Shown: positions 13,239 through 27,619, counted from the whole stretch's first letter. The stretch: 63,653 nt of DNA, filler included, from Choristocarpus tenellus KU-1152 (GCA_964200185.2; 12 parts of 12 records of this genome joined end to end with filler, not necessarily neighbours in it); one strand, 5' to 3'. A program made the numbers and translations. Notes: generated by a model from the sequence alone, not told the origin.

Positions 13239-13427
13239 GGTTCAAAGTGTCTGGGGGGTGGTGCTGGCTGTCCATTCGGGGCCCATTTTTCCATTTCGCG
13301 ATTGTTGGGTGATTTGGTTGCATGCCTCAGATGAATATAATGTAAGTCCACCTCTCGTGGTTATAGGGGCCGAATGGAAAAACACTGGTGTAGACTCCCC
13401 CCCCCTTTCACCTGGATACTTTGAGCC
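13239..13427 (-). mobile_element. MITE family B copy
   Basis: GGTTCAAAGTGTCTGGGGGG...GGATACTTTGAGCC; internal GTCCATTCGGGG / CCGAATGGA. Confidence 0.8.
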
Positions 13428-13898
13428 ATACTTCTTTCTATCGTCTACGTACTATTTTACGACCAGTGTTATGCTATACCACTGTTGTTCTATGCCTGCT
13501 TTATTAGCCCTAAAGAAATAAAATATCCTAAACGTAAGAACACTATAAAACATTGTAAGTGTGGAAACCGCTAACCTATCAGTTACTTCACCGCTATCAA
13601 ATATTGTACTACTGTCTTCCTTTGCTTCCCATCTACCTACTCCTGTGCCCCGGGAGGGGGGGAGCTAGGGAGGCATCCCAAGAATCCAACAGACCCATCC
13701 GTGCCCATCTCCCTGGTGACTAGTTTGAAGCGCATGACACGTCGAGATAATGCCACTTGCGTAGTCACCGAAACAATTTGGCGTAGCCTGGATTTAACNN
13801 NNNNNNNNNNNNNNNNNNNNNNNNNNNNNNNNNNNNNNNNNNTTAATTAATTAANNNNNNNNNNNNNNNNNNNNNNNNNNNNNNNNNNNNNNNNNNNN

Positions 13899-16800
13899 AT
13901 ATGGGCCGCCTGCTCCTTGATCTGCCTCTCCATAGTTTTGGCCTGCCTACCCAACTCCTCCCTACTTTGAGTTGCCTCAGCCAGATCCTTGGACTGGGTA
14001 GCAATCTTCCTCTCCAATGCATCTGCCCTCTGAGTCTCAGCTTCAAGGGCAGCCTCTGCCTCAGCAAGGCGCTTCTGGTTAGCCTCAGTAAAGGCTGCCT
14101 GCTCCTTGGTATGCCCCTCCAAAGCCCTGGCTTGCCTACCAAACTCCTCCCCACTCCGGGTTTCCTCAGCTAGATCCTTAGATAAACGGGCAATCTCCTC
14201 TGCCAGTGCATCTGCCCTCTGACTCTCAGCTTCCAGAGCGGTCTTCACCTCTGTCAATTCCCTCTCCCCTACTTCTGCTCGGATTTCTTGCTCCCTCATC
14301 TGCCCCCCCATAATTCGAGCCTGCCTTTCCAAATCTTCTTCCCTCTGAATTGCTTCAGTCAGATCTTTGGATATACAAGTAACCTCTGCAGCAATAGCAT
14401 CTGCCCTAAGAGTCTCAGCATCTCTGGCAGCCTCAGCCTCACCCAGCCGTTTCTGCAGTTCCTCAGAATGGACTATCTGTTTCTTGATTTGCCCCTCCAT
14501 ACCCAAGGATCGATACGATTCCTCTGCTAAATCCTTGGACAGACTATTAACCTTCTCCTCCGCATCGTTCGCCCTCATAATCTCATCTTCCACAGCCCTC
14601 TCCAATACACTCAACTGATTGTTCCTCTCCTCAGCCAGGCTTTTTTCTTCCTCGGGCCCTCGTTCCTCAAGTCCTGACTTCCTACCCACCTCCCAAGCCT
14701 TCTGCCTTTCCTCTGCCACAACCTTGGCATGGTGTTCAACTAGGCCTTCCCGTTCCAACTCAGCCGTCTCTTCCATCCCAGCCACCCTTGCACTCTCTGC
14801 GTCCCATTTTGCCTGTTCCTCCGAAAGCAATGACTGGAGGTCTGTAGCAAGCCCTTCCAGTTTTTTGTTCCTTGTCTCAGTTTCATGAATCAGAGATTCA
14901 GCTGCCAGGACTTTCCTTTCTCCAGCCTCGAGATCAGTCTGCTGCTTCCGAACCACATGATTCAGCTCTAAAATGCGACATTCTAATACCTTCACGAGGG
15001 TCTCCATGTCCTGCTCTTGGTCTTCTGCTTCCACCACCTCTCTCTCATCCCTCCTGGTACTGGTGTCTGACTTTACCTTCTCAAGCTCCTCATGGAGAGT
15101 TTCCACAGCGGCTTCAGCACTAGCCCCTGGTGTTACCTCCTCTCCTCGAGAGTATGTTGCAGTGCCCCTTTGTCCCCAAGCAAGCTCATCCTCGTGTTTG
15201 GGTTTAAGTAGTGACTCTAAGTCCGTCAGTGCCTGGACACCTGGAGGTTGGGATTCAACTTCCTGAGATAGAGCCTCCATCTCCAGTGTCTGAGCAGTAT
15301 TTGCTTCCAACTCATCTCCCCCTTTTTTTGGTGCCCCAGATAGGTGTGACCGTAGACCCTCTCCACCCACTTCATTTTCCACTGACTCAGGAGTCTCGTT
15401 CTTGTTGACCTATGGTTGAAGGGTGCAAATTAAAGGGACAAGGCCAAGTACTGTACTGCGACATGAATATCATGTTTTAGGATCACAGGAGACCCCAAAA
15501 ACATACAAGACGCCTCAAGGAACTGAGAGTAAGATATACTACCAAAATGTGGTCCAGGTAAGGCAGTGTAAGCAAATGAGTTTGGGGACATAAACCGCAA
15601 GCAAGGTCTTGGGAATTGGAAGATGCAAAAGGACAGTGTCAATGGCCTCAATGAGAGGATTTCAAATCGTTCTCAAAATTTGATTCTGAGGAACAATACA
15701 TTTTGGGGCTTAACAGTGTCCTGGTGTAGTGAAATGATGTCATACTGAACAGAAAAAATGTTGCAGCAATCGAAACAGTTTATAGACGACATCTGATCAT
15801 GCATTGGTCAATGAGAGTATCATCACTAATCTACAAGGATAAATTGCAATGTGATCAACAACATCGCACAGCATGGACCACACACACAAAATGAACACAT
15901 TAGACCACAAAAATTTCACCCTCAACACCTAAAGTACAAAATGGTCTGAATGCAGATTGACAGTTCAACCATTAGCTTATTTTCCCGAAGGAGCAGTTTC
16001 TGACCAAGAAATTGGGGAAAAGGTGTTATCTTAGGTTTCATTCTGCCTTCCCAAACAATACCAACAGATGTGTGGTTTAGTCTTGCACGTTAAAAAAACC
16101 CCAACACTCTTGCAACATCTGCAACAGGTAACATTTCCCAGTAACTTTATCTGTCAATGTTTCAAAATTCAAAATTTCAAAAAGAACAGGCAGGATCTGG
16201 ATCATGACAAGCTCAATCCAAGCCCAGGCCCAAAACTGTTTCTGGATAGTTACCGCCCAGAAGAAACTTGACAATGGTGGATTGGTTAAAGTTGGAGAAG
16301 CTCCAGCTAAAAAGATCGACAAACGTTTTTGGAATCATCTTGTCAGGCTGATCTAGAGTATTCCAACAATACTCTGGTCAATGTACATAATTATTACCTA
16401 TCTCTCAAACGATGTCAATAGTTGAAGGGTAGTTTTTGTGGGTATTATGTTGCCTGTACAACATTTGTCCAGAATGAACCCTTAGTTGTGTGATGCTCAC
16501 TCTTACCGTAACACAAAATATAAAAACAAACACCCATAGCCTGAATCGGAGCAAGGCTTGGTACTGTAGGGGAGATAAGGGGTGTGTTGATCCATCGTGA
16601 TGCTGAGGTAAAGACAACTAGAACAAAATGTGAGTCAGATCAACACCTTCAAAATCGAGGCTCTCCCTTGTACACCTCAAAATCTGTGCCAAAATGGCCT
16701 TAGATACCTACCTCTCCTCTCTCTGCCCCCCTCCCATCACAAGTACATACATCCAACAATAACAGATGCACCAATAGCATTTTTCATTGCTCTTGAGACG

Positions 16801-19800
16801 ACCATAAATAAATTTTCGCAATAAATATCCAATGGCTCCATTCCGGATGATGTCAACATCAACAACAACAATTACAGGGGAACCATAAAAGAGATTTAAA
16901 ATCATCCATAGCAGGAACTAACCTCTTCGTCTGGAGTCAACCTCCCATCTACCCCCTCATTGTCACGATTCCTGCTGCTGCTGCTGCCACCGCCACCGCC
17001 ACCGCCACCATCATCACCACCTCCATCACCATCATCTCCACATACGATGCTATTGCTTTCCTCTTCTGAAGACCTGCCTGCCCTGATGACATCAACTTCA
17101 TCAGCATGATTAGCTGCCCCACCCTCCAGCTCTTCGCAAGGAACATCCCTGCCTAGGATAGCACTATCATCACCTCCAACACCAAGTCTATCGACATAGT
17201 CCCCACTAGCATAATCCCGACCGTCACTGTAAACAAAGTCACTATTGCCTTCAGCCCTTAACCACGGTTCCCACTGCATACCTACCAGTTCACTCTGATT
17301 GCCCTCTTCCGATGAGGTACTAGAGCCCAACCAGCTCGGTGTCCCGCCACTGCCAAATGTGCTCTCCCCTACACCTCCAAAACCTCCACCTCTGCCCCCA
17401 GAATCAGGACTGTCAGCTTCACCTTCTTCACTGTCAGCACGACTGACATGCCCTCCTTTCACAACAAACTCATCACCCTCTGCCATTGCACTTGGCATCC
17501 ATTCCTCCTCACCCATTGCTGATGTGTCTGTCCAGATGGCACTTAATCCATGACTATCATTGTGACTATCAGCAACAGCCATAACACTTGCATTGGCAAC
17601 AAAAGTGTGCTCAACAATGTTAGTGGGTGGGTGTCCCTCCAGAGTACTTCCGCTAACATCATGACCCCGATCATGGGCATCACCCTCACTCTTGGGTACT
17701 TTGTTATTGTCATTAAGACTCACACCATCATCACCATCCTCCATTATGTCACCCTCCAGATTATCTCGGGTACCACCACCATTAACTCCATTCACTTGGT
17801 CTAAGTCCTCAGGTTCACTGCCCCCTAGTTGACTATTGCTGCTGTTGCCACCCCCATCACCAATACTCAATTCATTGCAATCTACACCATCATCATAGCC
17901 ACCGCCATCATCACTAATGTTCACTTCATTACCCTCAGACTCACCATCATCCTTACAGCTACCATTGCCGTCCCTGGGTTCACTACCAGGTACACCATTG
18001 TAGCTGCCTCCCTCATCACCAATGCTAACTCCATTGCCCTTCTCTGCCTTGTGGGTGATATGGTAGTCATCATCAACCACCAGTTCAATACCATCTACCC
18101 CATCATCACAGCTACCACAGTTGACATCAATATTCAGTTCATTGCCCTCTGACCTACCACACCCCCCATAGTTGCCATCAATAAACTCTGGATCACCGCC
18201 TCCCACCGCTCCATTGCCATTTTGGTCACCATCACCATCACTATTACCATTACCATTATCATCACCACCAACACCAACACCATCACCATCACCATCACCA
18301 CCCCACACTGTGTTGCCTTCTGGTTCATCATCCCTGCTCCGGTCACTTCGACCATCCCCCAATTCCCTGCCCTGCCCTTCACCAACGATGCTGCCATTTC
18401 CATCACCCCCCTGTAACTTGTGGTGACCCTGATCACCATCACCACCATGGTCACCACTGTTACCATCATCAATGTCGACATTCAGGTCAGCCCTTGGAAG
18501 CCCCCTTCTATCCAGGATATCACCAAGCTTATCCCCACTTTCATACTTATTATCCGGGCTCTCTGAAACACCCTTGCCCCTTCCCCACATATCAAAAACA
18601 TCAGATTGAATGCCTTGACCACTCTCAGGCGAATCTCTCCCAAATATGTAACGCATGTCATCCTCCCTTCCCAGATGGCGTTGACCACTATTGTCCGATG
18701 ATCCCATTACATGGGCACTACTTCCCTCAGGAAAAAATACAGATGACATCGAAGAAGGACAAATCAGTGCTTCCCTCTTCTTTCGCAGGTGTTCCGTGAG
18801 TCTGGCAAGGCGCTGCTGGGGATCAGCAACAATCTGGTAGAGTACCTGCATAGAAGACAGTTACCCAAGGGGGAGAAAAGATTACTCAAAAAGGTGGATG
18901 GCATGACGTAAGGGAAAGTTGACTTACAGTGAGTTCATTTGGTGATACTTGAAAACCCAGTTGGTGCAAGACCTCATATTGCCAATACATGGCAGGGTGA
19001 AAGACAGAAAGGGGCTATACAAAGATGAGAACAGGATATTTGCATCTCTAGAACAAAAGTCAGAGGAAGTGAAGATGAGGATAAGAGCAACAAGACTTAC
19101 TTCTTCAAGTCTGTGCAACACAACATTTGCAGGGAATGGTAGGTGCAAATGGGAGAGGAGACTGTGGCCCATTCCTGACCTTATTTGAACATTGACTGGG
19201 TAAAGCGTGGCAAGTATCGCTTCTAATCAAATAGCATTTGCTCAGACACACGCACAAGGAGAGTGACTTGTGGCAGCAGGAGAGGGGGGGGGGGGGGGAA
19301 AGAAAATANNNNNNNNNNNNNNNNNNNNNNNNNNNNNNNNNNNNNNNNNNNNTTAATTAATTAANNNNNNNNNNNNNNNNNNNNNNNNNNNNNNNNNNNN
19401 NNNNNNNNGGGTGGGGGTGTGACCCAAAGTATCTGGGGGGGGAGGGGGGTCTACACCAGGGTGTCCATTCGAGGCATAACCAGGAAAAGCGCATTTTCAT
19501 TATCCATCCCAACGTATGCAACCAAATCACACAAAAATCGCAACATGAAAAATTTGGCCCCATATGGACAGCCGCCACCCCCCCCAGATACTTTGAACCT
19601 CAAGTGATGGTTAATGTGAAATCGTGGTGATTCCTTGAGACACCCAAACGAAGAAATGCATAATCTGTTAAGAGGCTTGCACCTTGACGGAGAAGGCTTT
19701 CTAAGGGTGATTTAACTCTGAATATATTACATCCAGATGAGTATAGCACAGAGCGAGCTTGATGTCGTGTGAGGGGAATATGGCAGCTAAGAAAAAATAA

Positions 19801-22800
19801 TAATCAACACATGATATACAGCTGAAGACTTCTGATGTGAAGAAGAAAGGAAAAAACAAAGAAGAAACAAGAAGACAAACTTTAATTAATATACGAGGGA
19901 ACTTGTAGGACACATATATGTGCCTTTATGTGTGATAGGTAGCGACTGTACTTATGCTTCTATGTATTGTGATGTTCTGTAAGTAACTGATGATGTTGTG
20001 ACGATGAGCTAGTGATGTATGTGGAAATAACGACCACTACAATGAACAAATCAACATTCATTATGAACTAGTGATACTGTATCGTATCAAGAACAAATCA
20101 AATGAGTAGCGTATGTTTTAACGGTATGAATATGAAAAAGATTGATAATGGTATACGTTCATATATATATGTGTGTGTGTGTGTAACTTAATGGTAGATC
20201 TTTCTATAACCGTCACACTGCTCCACCCCCCACTGATTTACAATTTGGAGGATAGCGGATTTTCCTAGTTGGCGGTTGTTGAAACCTGGTTTCGTATGAG
20301 TTGTGCATTGTTGTAATGTGTCTGGTTTGTGACGAAGGAGATCATAGCGCAACAAAGCACCGATGAATTTGTTCTGGTAGGTCTGATGATATGTTGTATT
20401 CAGTCAGACAGCGTTAGTTTTGAAGGTATGTTTGGTTGACATGTGATTAACACGTTTAGAGGCAAGTGTGTGTGATAGTGCAACAAGACACCTGCGGGTT
20501 TTGGTCTGATGCGTTTAAAGGGATGTCTTACTCTATCAGACTTTCGTTGGAGTGAAATGGGTACTGGTACAGCTGTGGCATGTTTTACTCAAGCAGACTG
20601 TGATTGATAGAAACTGTGTGGTCATTCATCGAGGCGCGCAATTAAAAAAAATCTTCCTCTGTGAAGAAGGTTGTCACCTTGGCAGAGAAGGGTTTCAAAA
20701 AATGGTTTTAACTCTGTTTATATTGCACCCTGGTGTGTGTCTTATACGTGTTGCAGCGTGAACAGGATGTCTTGCGGTGGGCAATGCCAGTCAAGTAAAA
20801 AATAAGAAGCAAAAGGTTCAAATTATCTGGGGGGGGGGTGGCGACTGTCCATTTGGGGTCAATTTTTTCATGACGTGATTTTTGGGTGACTTGGTTGCAT
20901 ACGTCGGATGGATTACGTAAATGCACTTTTCCTAGTTTGGACCCAAATGGACACCCTGGTGTAGACAGCCCCCCCCCCCAGATACTTTGGGTCAACACAT
21001 GCTATGCAACTGATAACTTGTGTGAAAAAGAAGAAGTAACACGACAAAGATAAAACAAGCTCGAATCCATATCTAACGTGTCTACTGTCACACCTAGTGT
21101 GCCTGTATGAGTGCTAGTTAGCGACTGTTCCTATACTTCTTATATACTGTGATCTTTTGGGTGAGTTGTAATGATGAGCAAATGAACTAATGGTGTAAGT
21201 GGGAATAGAGACCATTGCAATGGACAAATCAACGTTCAGTATGGACTGACGATGCTGTATCGTATAAAAGTAAATCGAATGTGAGTAGCCAATGTTTTAA
21301 CAGCGGTCTGCCCGAAAGAGGCCCCCACTGTCACTACGTAAAACCTTGCTTGATGATCAACCTCCCACCCACATACTCTTCAGAGACTTTCCTTGAGCAA
21401 TGACCTGTTTGAGATTTTACCGGAGATTTACCGGAGATTTTGCCTCTGGCGATGGAGAAAGTGAACAGAAAAGAAAAAAAGCAATAGTCTCGCGCCACTG
21501 GTGTCCCTCTCCAGCTGGGGGAACTATTTTTTTTCACCATGCGGCACTTATGCTTCATGCACTTCATCTTATACACCAACCGTTGAATCAATTTCAGCTC
21601 AAATTTCCTAGTTAGTTTGATTTCGTCTTAGCGTTTTGATGCGTATGTGAACATATCTGTCTTTCATGGTATCTGAATATGGTAGTCTAAGAACTGATTA
21701 TTCTAGCGAGTGTAATGCTCCAAAAGTGTATCGTTACATTTTCTGATTTCTTTCAACTGTTTGTTGTTTTAGAGAGACGTCTTCACTAAGAGTGCAGTTG
21801 CATACTCTCCCTAAAAAAAAGAGTGAACTGACTGTCAAAGCCGTGTTGTGGGCAAGGGTGTCTGCAGCCTAGCATGTTCGGGATATGGTTGTTGCCTGTC
21901 TTGCTCAGCGCACATATATTGTAGTATCAGGAACTATAGGAGGCGAGGGAGTGGTGTACCTCATCCATATCCACAGGTACAGGTGGGTGTACGTCTTCAA
22001 TGATGTAAATCAAAGTCAGCGGAATTACTCTCTACCAAGGGGATCATGCCACTGACGTGTCTCCAGCAGAGATTACTGAATGCAATGGTGGCGGTGTGGT
22101 GCGTGAGGTGCAAAGGTCAATAAAGGAGGAAGACATAAAATTCATTTTTTTTAATACTCAAACCTTTTGTGGGGACTGTCAGGGACGCAGTAAGGGACGT
22201 GGAACAACAGAAAAATTTGGGGAAAAAATGAGTCCGAAATTCCGAAATCACGATGTTCGCAGGAACTGGGGTATCATGGGAGGTGCAGCAGGCAGGGTCG
22301 AACAGGACATTATCTACAACTAATTTGACACAGTGTTGACGTTCAAACCATTGCACCATGTACTGCCCAACATGTCATGAGTACTTCCAGGGTCAAAATA
22401 TCTAGGAGGGGGTGTCGGCGTCCGTTTTTCACCCTTTTTTCGATTTTCACGTTTTTGNNNNNNNNNNNNNNNNNNNNNNNNNNNNNNNNNNNNNNNNNNN
22501 NTTAATTAATTAANNNNNNNNNNNNNNNNNNNNNNNNNNNNNNNNNNNNNNNNNNNNCAGATTCTTTGACCCCCCCCCCCCCCCCCCCTCCTGTCCCCCT
22601 CCCCCTATTTACCACTAAAACACAACAAAACACTTCCAAACAATTTTCCAAGACAACACACTCAAGATCCTCAATCCTAGCTAAAATAACCCTAACCCTA
22701 ACCCAACCCACACCGAACTTCAACTTAGACCACTAATCTTGGCTTCGAAGTCCCCAACAATTCCCCCCCCCCCCTCCTCACATTCTCAATGCGATCCATG

Positions 22801-25800
22801 GCTAGCCCTCGAACATGGGCCCGCCAATTTTCCAAGGTCTCCTGCCTTGTCATTGAATCTCCAGAACTCCACCCAGTGGGTCTCAAAAACGTTAGCCGAA
22901 ATTGATGAGCACCCTTAATCCACTATCGAAAAAAAAAAAATACACCCCAAAAAAAAGGAGAGGGACAAAGTAGTATTTTAAACTAGTATGCAAATTCAGG
23001 CTTCAAATTAATGCTTGTACGAGGTGACATTTAGCACTGGTGCAAACTTCAACCTATCTAAGGATACAATCACAGTCAAGCAATACACCCACGTCACATA
23101 CAAGAACACTGATTTACCAACATCTTCTTTAGGTGTACTCCATATCTTATATCCTAATGGAAGAGCTCCCTGTGCACAAACTACACATACAAAACAGGGG
23201 TAAGGTCTCCGCCCCAATCTATTCACAGACCCCAGCTTCAACGCACCGACGGCATGTTCCAGAAGCTGCGAAGGCGTTCAAGTGACTGAAGATTCAACTC
23301 CTGGTCATTAATGTGGGTCACCAGGTCCCCCTCCCTCAGGCCAGCAGACTTAAGAGCCCCTTTGCCAGGTAAAAACACCTTTTTCAGTAGTGGTAGGTGA
23401 TACACATGAATGCAGTCAATATGATCAACACAGTCACGATATATATTCGAGTACTTCTAAGCATGCGCTCATTCAACTCTAACATGCATCATCACAGCAG
23501 GGCACACGAAAGACAAATAACAATAGTCAGCACAAGGAGCACCCACGTTACTCTGGATGCATTACATCATTTCTTGAAATGGTGAGCATGACACATCAAT
23601 CATTGTCACCCTCAATGAAGAGATAGGGATTGAAACACAAATTGGTGTGGGTGTGGAAGTGTCTCATGATTAAAATAGCAATTGCATCACAGAATGCACG
23701 AAGCAATTATTGTGGTGGCAACAATTTCCGACACTCACCCAAATTCCAAGATGTGCAGCAACCTCAAGTACACACAAGTGCATAAACAAGAACACAAAAC
23801 GTTTCAAATAACTCTCCTCAACCCCCTCGAGATCAATTTGTTTCCCCTGCCAACTCCCACCTGTGGAGCAGTGAAAACAAATCTTGGGAGCCTACCCGCA
23901 TCCTGTGCTTCAAACTGAGCACCTCCCAGGCACATATTGCACAACACATCCTTCCACTTAGAGGCTGACACCAAAAGAGTCAGCCTCATGTCCACAAATA
24001 GAAGGGCCATTCCATCCTGTCCCATCGTATCACAAAAGTGATGGGGTAGGATATAGGGAGTTCAGTTAAATAGAGTCAAATGGCCGTCTTGTGGTCTCTT
24101 GACCCCTATAACAGCAGTCTGGATCGTTTGAGGAATCCCTCGTGTGAATGAGAACAGGGACAAGAGGGTGGGAGGGAGAGAGAGGGGGAGGGGAAGGGGG
24201 ATGGACAAGACTTGCAGCAAGGCAACATCTGTGTATGTAACAGAAAAAAACATATACATAGGACACACTCAAGTTCCAGAATAGTGTGACTAGAGTGCAG
24301 AAAACACAGTTTACACTTAAGTTGCCCTTTGAACTCAAACTTCTCTATACTATTGTGGGCACTATTATGCGAAACTAGGTACCTCAACAATGTGGAAACA
24401 TACTCAAAGCTGCCCACAAAGCGAACCAACTTTTTGCACAGTAACAAATGGGACACTCAAAACAACACAATTGCAAACTACAACCAATGCTTTGTCGGAT
24501 TTACAACACTACTAGGCCTGTACACTATCATTCTTGAGGGTAAAAAATACATATATTTATTTATATTTATTATAGTATTTGACACATGGAGGGAATTGTG
24601 TGGTGAACGTGTGAACACAACAGTTACTTACTAGCAAAACACTAGATAATATCAACTCCTCTTCAATTGAGCACTATCAGGCTCAAGTGGGACACATTCA
24701 AGTCACCACCACAATAGTGGTACAATGCCTATTTCTCCATCAACACATTACACTCGCTATTTTTTTTTCTCAGCATCCCTTACACTTTGCCTCTCTGAAG
24801 AGGTATAGCTTATCAAAACATATATGTGTAGTACATGGGAACCGCCTCAGAAGAACAATAGACCGTTTTCCGTGCACTCACTGGGACAAGCCATGCAAAA
24901 TTTTGTACGTGTGTGTGTGTGTGTGTAGGTGTGTGTTTGTGTGTGCAGGTGTGAGTGTAAATGTATGGAATATATGTTCGAGTAGTGGAGACATTTGTTC
25001 TTGCTGACCACATGAATCCAAATGTCCTCATAGATCTATATTTAACACAAGTCTTTGTCTACTATATTGCGTGTGTTATCCTGCATCCAATATCAAGCAA
25101 AAACTCAAACTGCATGGAAAATACCATACACCAGGCAAACACAGCTCTGTCACTTCCTGAGGGACCTACCATAGCGGCACTGTGCGAACATTGGTGAAGA
25201 TAGGGGGTGGGGGGGAATACGACCACATCATACTCACCAACGCAATGGTGGTTTGACGCTTTCCAAGCAAGGAAGCTTCCTCCACAACACATAGATCGGC
25301 CTCACCATGCTCCAACTGCCGTAGCAACTCGTACCCAGTCGAGAGCCGCTCGGTGTTCATAACTCGGGAATAATCGTGCGAGACGTTGTATGGCACGGTG
25401 ATTTCTGGTGGCGGGAGGTGTGGCCCGCCCTGGATTTTGTCGCCAGGGCGTGCAATGGACGGATACAAAAAGGTTGGTGTAAATCTGTGATCATTTGTCT
25501 GTGGTCACAAAAAGTTGAAATTACGAGAGGACTGTGGTACCCAGGACTCTCCTGCAAGCTAGTCTAGTCAGAGGCAAAAGCATGCACGCGCATTGACAGC
25601 CAATTCACACCTTTCAGGGACCACCAAGGACCTGACCAGTACACCAAGTTGGATATGGTCACCTCATGCCGACGATTGCTTTCAAACCATAACCCCCAAG
25701 CGTCGAAAACGGGGCATTAGGTACAGTTAAGGAACAACAGAAAGCAATGGTATAGCAAAAATCATAGCAGCACACCTGATACATCGCTCGTGGGGTTCCC

Positions 25801-26418
25801 CGTGATGGTCCAGCAACCGAACCTGTCGGGGCCACTCCACCTCCTTCTGCCGATGTCACACTAATCCTATCTCCGAGTTCCCCCGCCCCACCTCGTGATG
25901 CAGGCCCACGCCTAGTCCGTACCTCACGGTCATCTCGATCGTCCCCACTATCCACCTATGTCACGCATGATCACAAATATGCCGGGATGGCAGATACATG
26001 GCATAATACTGTTCCAGTGAGAGGATGGAATGGGGCGTGCAAAATCTCTGGGTCGGGCGGGAACATGGTATTAGAGTAATTTGCTTCTTAATGAGCCCAT
26101 GTCAAAGAAGCATCTAATACAGATGTTTCAGGCGATACAGTCATACTTGGTTCCTTGTGCCTGCAATGTCGACATACAAATCTGATATGCATAAATGTTC
26201 GCTTTTATGGGGGTAATGTGCCACCTCAAAAACCTCCACTCCGTCTGGTATTGGCTTTGGGCTAGCCATGGGCACGACCCCGAAGGGCGCGGGATACTAG
26301 TTATACAGTGGTTGAAGAAAGGTCTTACACACAGAAGTGTAGGTGACCGAAGATTATTTTTTAGGTTTTGCCCCCCTCGTCCTGCACAGTCCTCAAGTTG
26401 TTTCTCAAGAAGAGAGTC
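13899..26418 (-). CDS. Large protein: PDZ-like domain, about 640-aa Gly/Asp/Asn-rich disordered exon, then tandem 56/63-aa coiled-coil repeats (5' and 3' incomplete)
   Basis: Phase-compatible GT-AG exons: 26418-26329 (tentative), 25955-25776, 25429-25238, 25165-25132, 23922-23861, 23378-23247 (VFLPGKGALKSAGLREGDLVTHINDQ), 22922-22782 (WIKGAHQFRLTFLRP...), 18845-16923, and 15409 to the gap at 13899. AGLxxGDxIxxIN...LTFLR is the PDZ signature. The model crosses two spacers. Confidence 0.75.
19421..19599 (+). mobile_element. MITE family B copy (about 180 bp)
   Basis: GACCCAAAGTATCTGGGGGGG...CCCCCCCAGATACTTTGAACC. Confidence 0.88.
19920..21300. repeat. Diverged about 200-bp direct repeats (19920-20125 and 21099-21300), possibly old LTR fragments
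   Basis: Shared GTGCCT.TATG.GTG...TAGCGACTGT...GACCA...CAATG.ACAAATCAAC.TTCA...CTGTATCGTAT...GAGTAGC..ATGTTTTAAC. Confidence 0.6.
20815..20993 (-). mobile_element. MITE family B copy
   Basis: aaaa-GGTTCAAATTATCTGGGGG...CCCCAGATACTTTGGGTC-aaca. Confidence 0.88.
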
Positions 26419-27619
26419 CTCCAAAAAATGACAGAAAGAGAGAACCACATGGAATGGACACATTCTGTGGGTGCATGGATGCATGGGAATTTAATATAAC
26501 AATTTTCTGTAATAGAGAAGATGAGAAGAGAAAATGAAGATGAATTGACTCATAAAATGTTAGGATATTGATACGTGAATACATAGTTAAGATACAAGAT
26601 ATTCATAATACGTGAAGATCCAATGTAGGTGAGAATTATATAGTGTTATAGAGAGGTGTACAAAACCAGTTGACAAAAAAATTGTGTAAAAAGGTCTTCT
26701 ACATATTGTAGTAACTAAAGCGACATTTCCCAATATTCGCCAAAAAATAATGTGTTTGTTCTAGAACACAAAGAGTGAGAGTATGGTAGAATTGGAAAAA
26801 AAAATGTTGAATGAGATTTAGAAAAAATATACCAAAGCAAAAAGGCGTTGGTGAACACATACATACATTGCTCTCTCCTCCTCACAACAATTCTATATAC
26901 TCCAAAGTTTTTCTTATGGGCATTCGAACATTTTCCTTCCATACTGCTCTTACTTTCCTCTTGTACATTTTTCTTTCGCGTTCACATTTGATGGGGACTC
27001 ATTGATAAATAGATGGATTGGTTGGTTGATTACACATTTAGGGTTAGATCCATCCATGATCCAACAATAGTCGAAAAAACTGTCCACGTGATACCTACTA
27101 AACATGTTCCACACACTTTTAAGTACTTAAACCACATTTATTTGAGCATCGTCAAGAACAACCCAGATACAACACATCCTCGAAAGCATGGTCAAAGGTA
27201 GGACAAAACATGAGGGCACCTGATAGAAAGAGAGAAAGAAGGCAGAACTATAATCATGTAGAGGTGTGCACTAATCAAAGAAATAATGATGTAGAAATAA
27301 TCACACCAGTATAGAAGGTAGTACTTCCACTACTTGACGAAAATATACAAAAAACATAAGAGAAAAAATATTAGTACCTATGAATACACACAAACCGCTA
27401 GATATTAGAACTATCATCATCAGTCACCTCCCTCACTTCCCTTCTATGATACCTGCCGTCACAAGTATTTTCCAACGATTGTTGAGAGTATGGATAGCCC
27501 AGAACGTGATCTATTTGATTTTAAGGTGTCTTTCGGCGCCTTGTCTTATGATGCTTCCAGTAGTAATCTAGAATCCACCCTGGTAGCTACTGTGAAGGTC
27601 GATGTTACGCACAAACCCA

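Noticed and set aside
15560-16400. LINE endonuclease remnant (TSDHALV at about 15790)
   Set aside because: A single short motif amid many stops; not supportable without a profile search.
17299-18799. Overlapping plus-strand Thr/Ile- or Pro/Ser-rich ORFs
   Set aside because: Antisense shadows of the GGT/GAT-rich minus-strand exon.
24080-24140. Extra PDZ-gene exon GIPQTIQTAVIGVKRPQDGHL
   Set aside because: No convincing donor site, and the flanking exons already join in phase without it.
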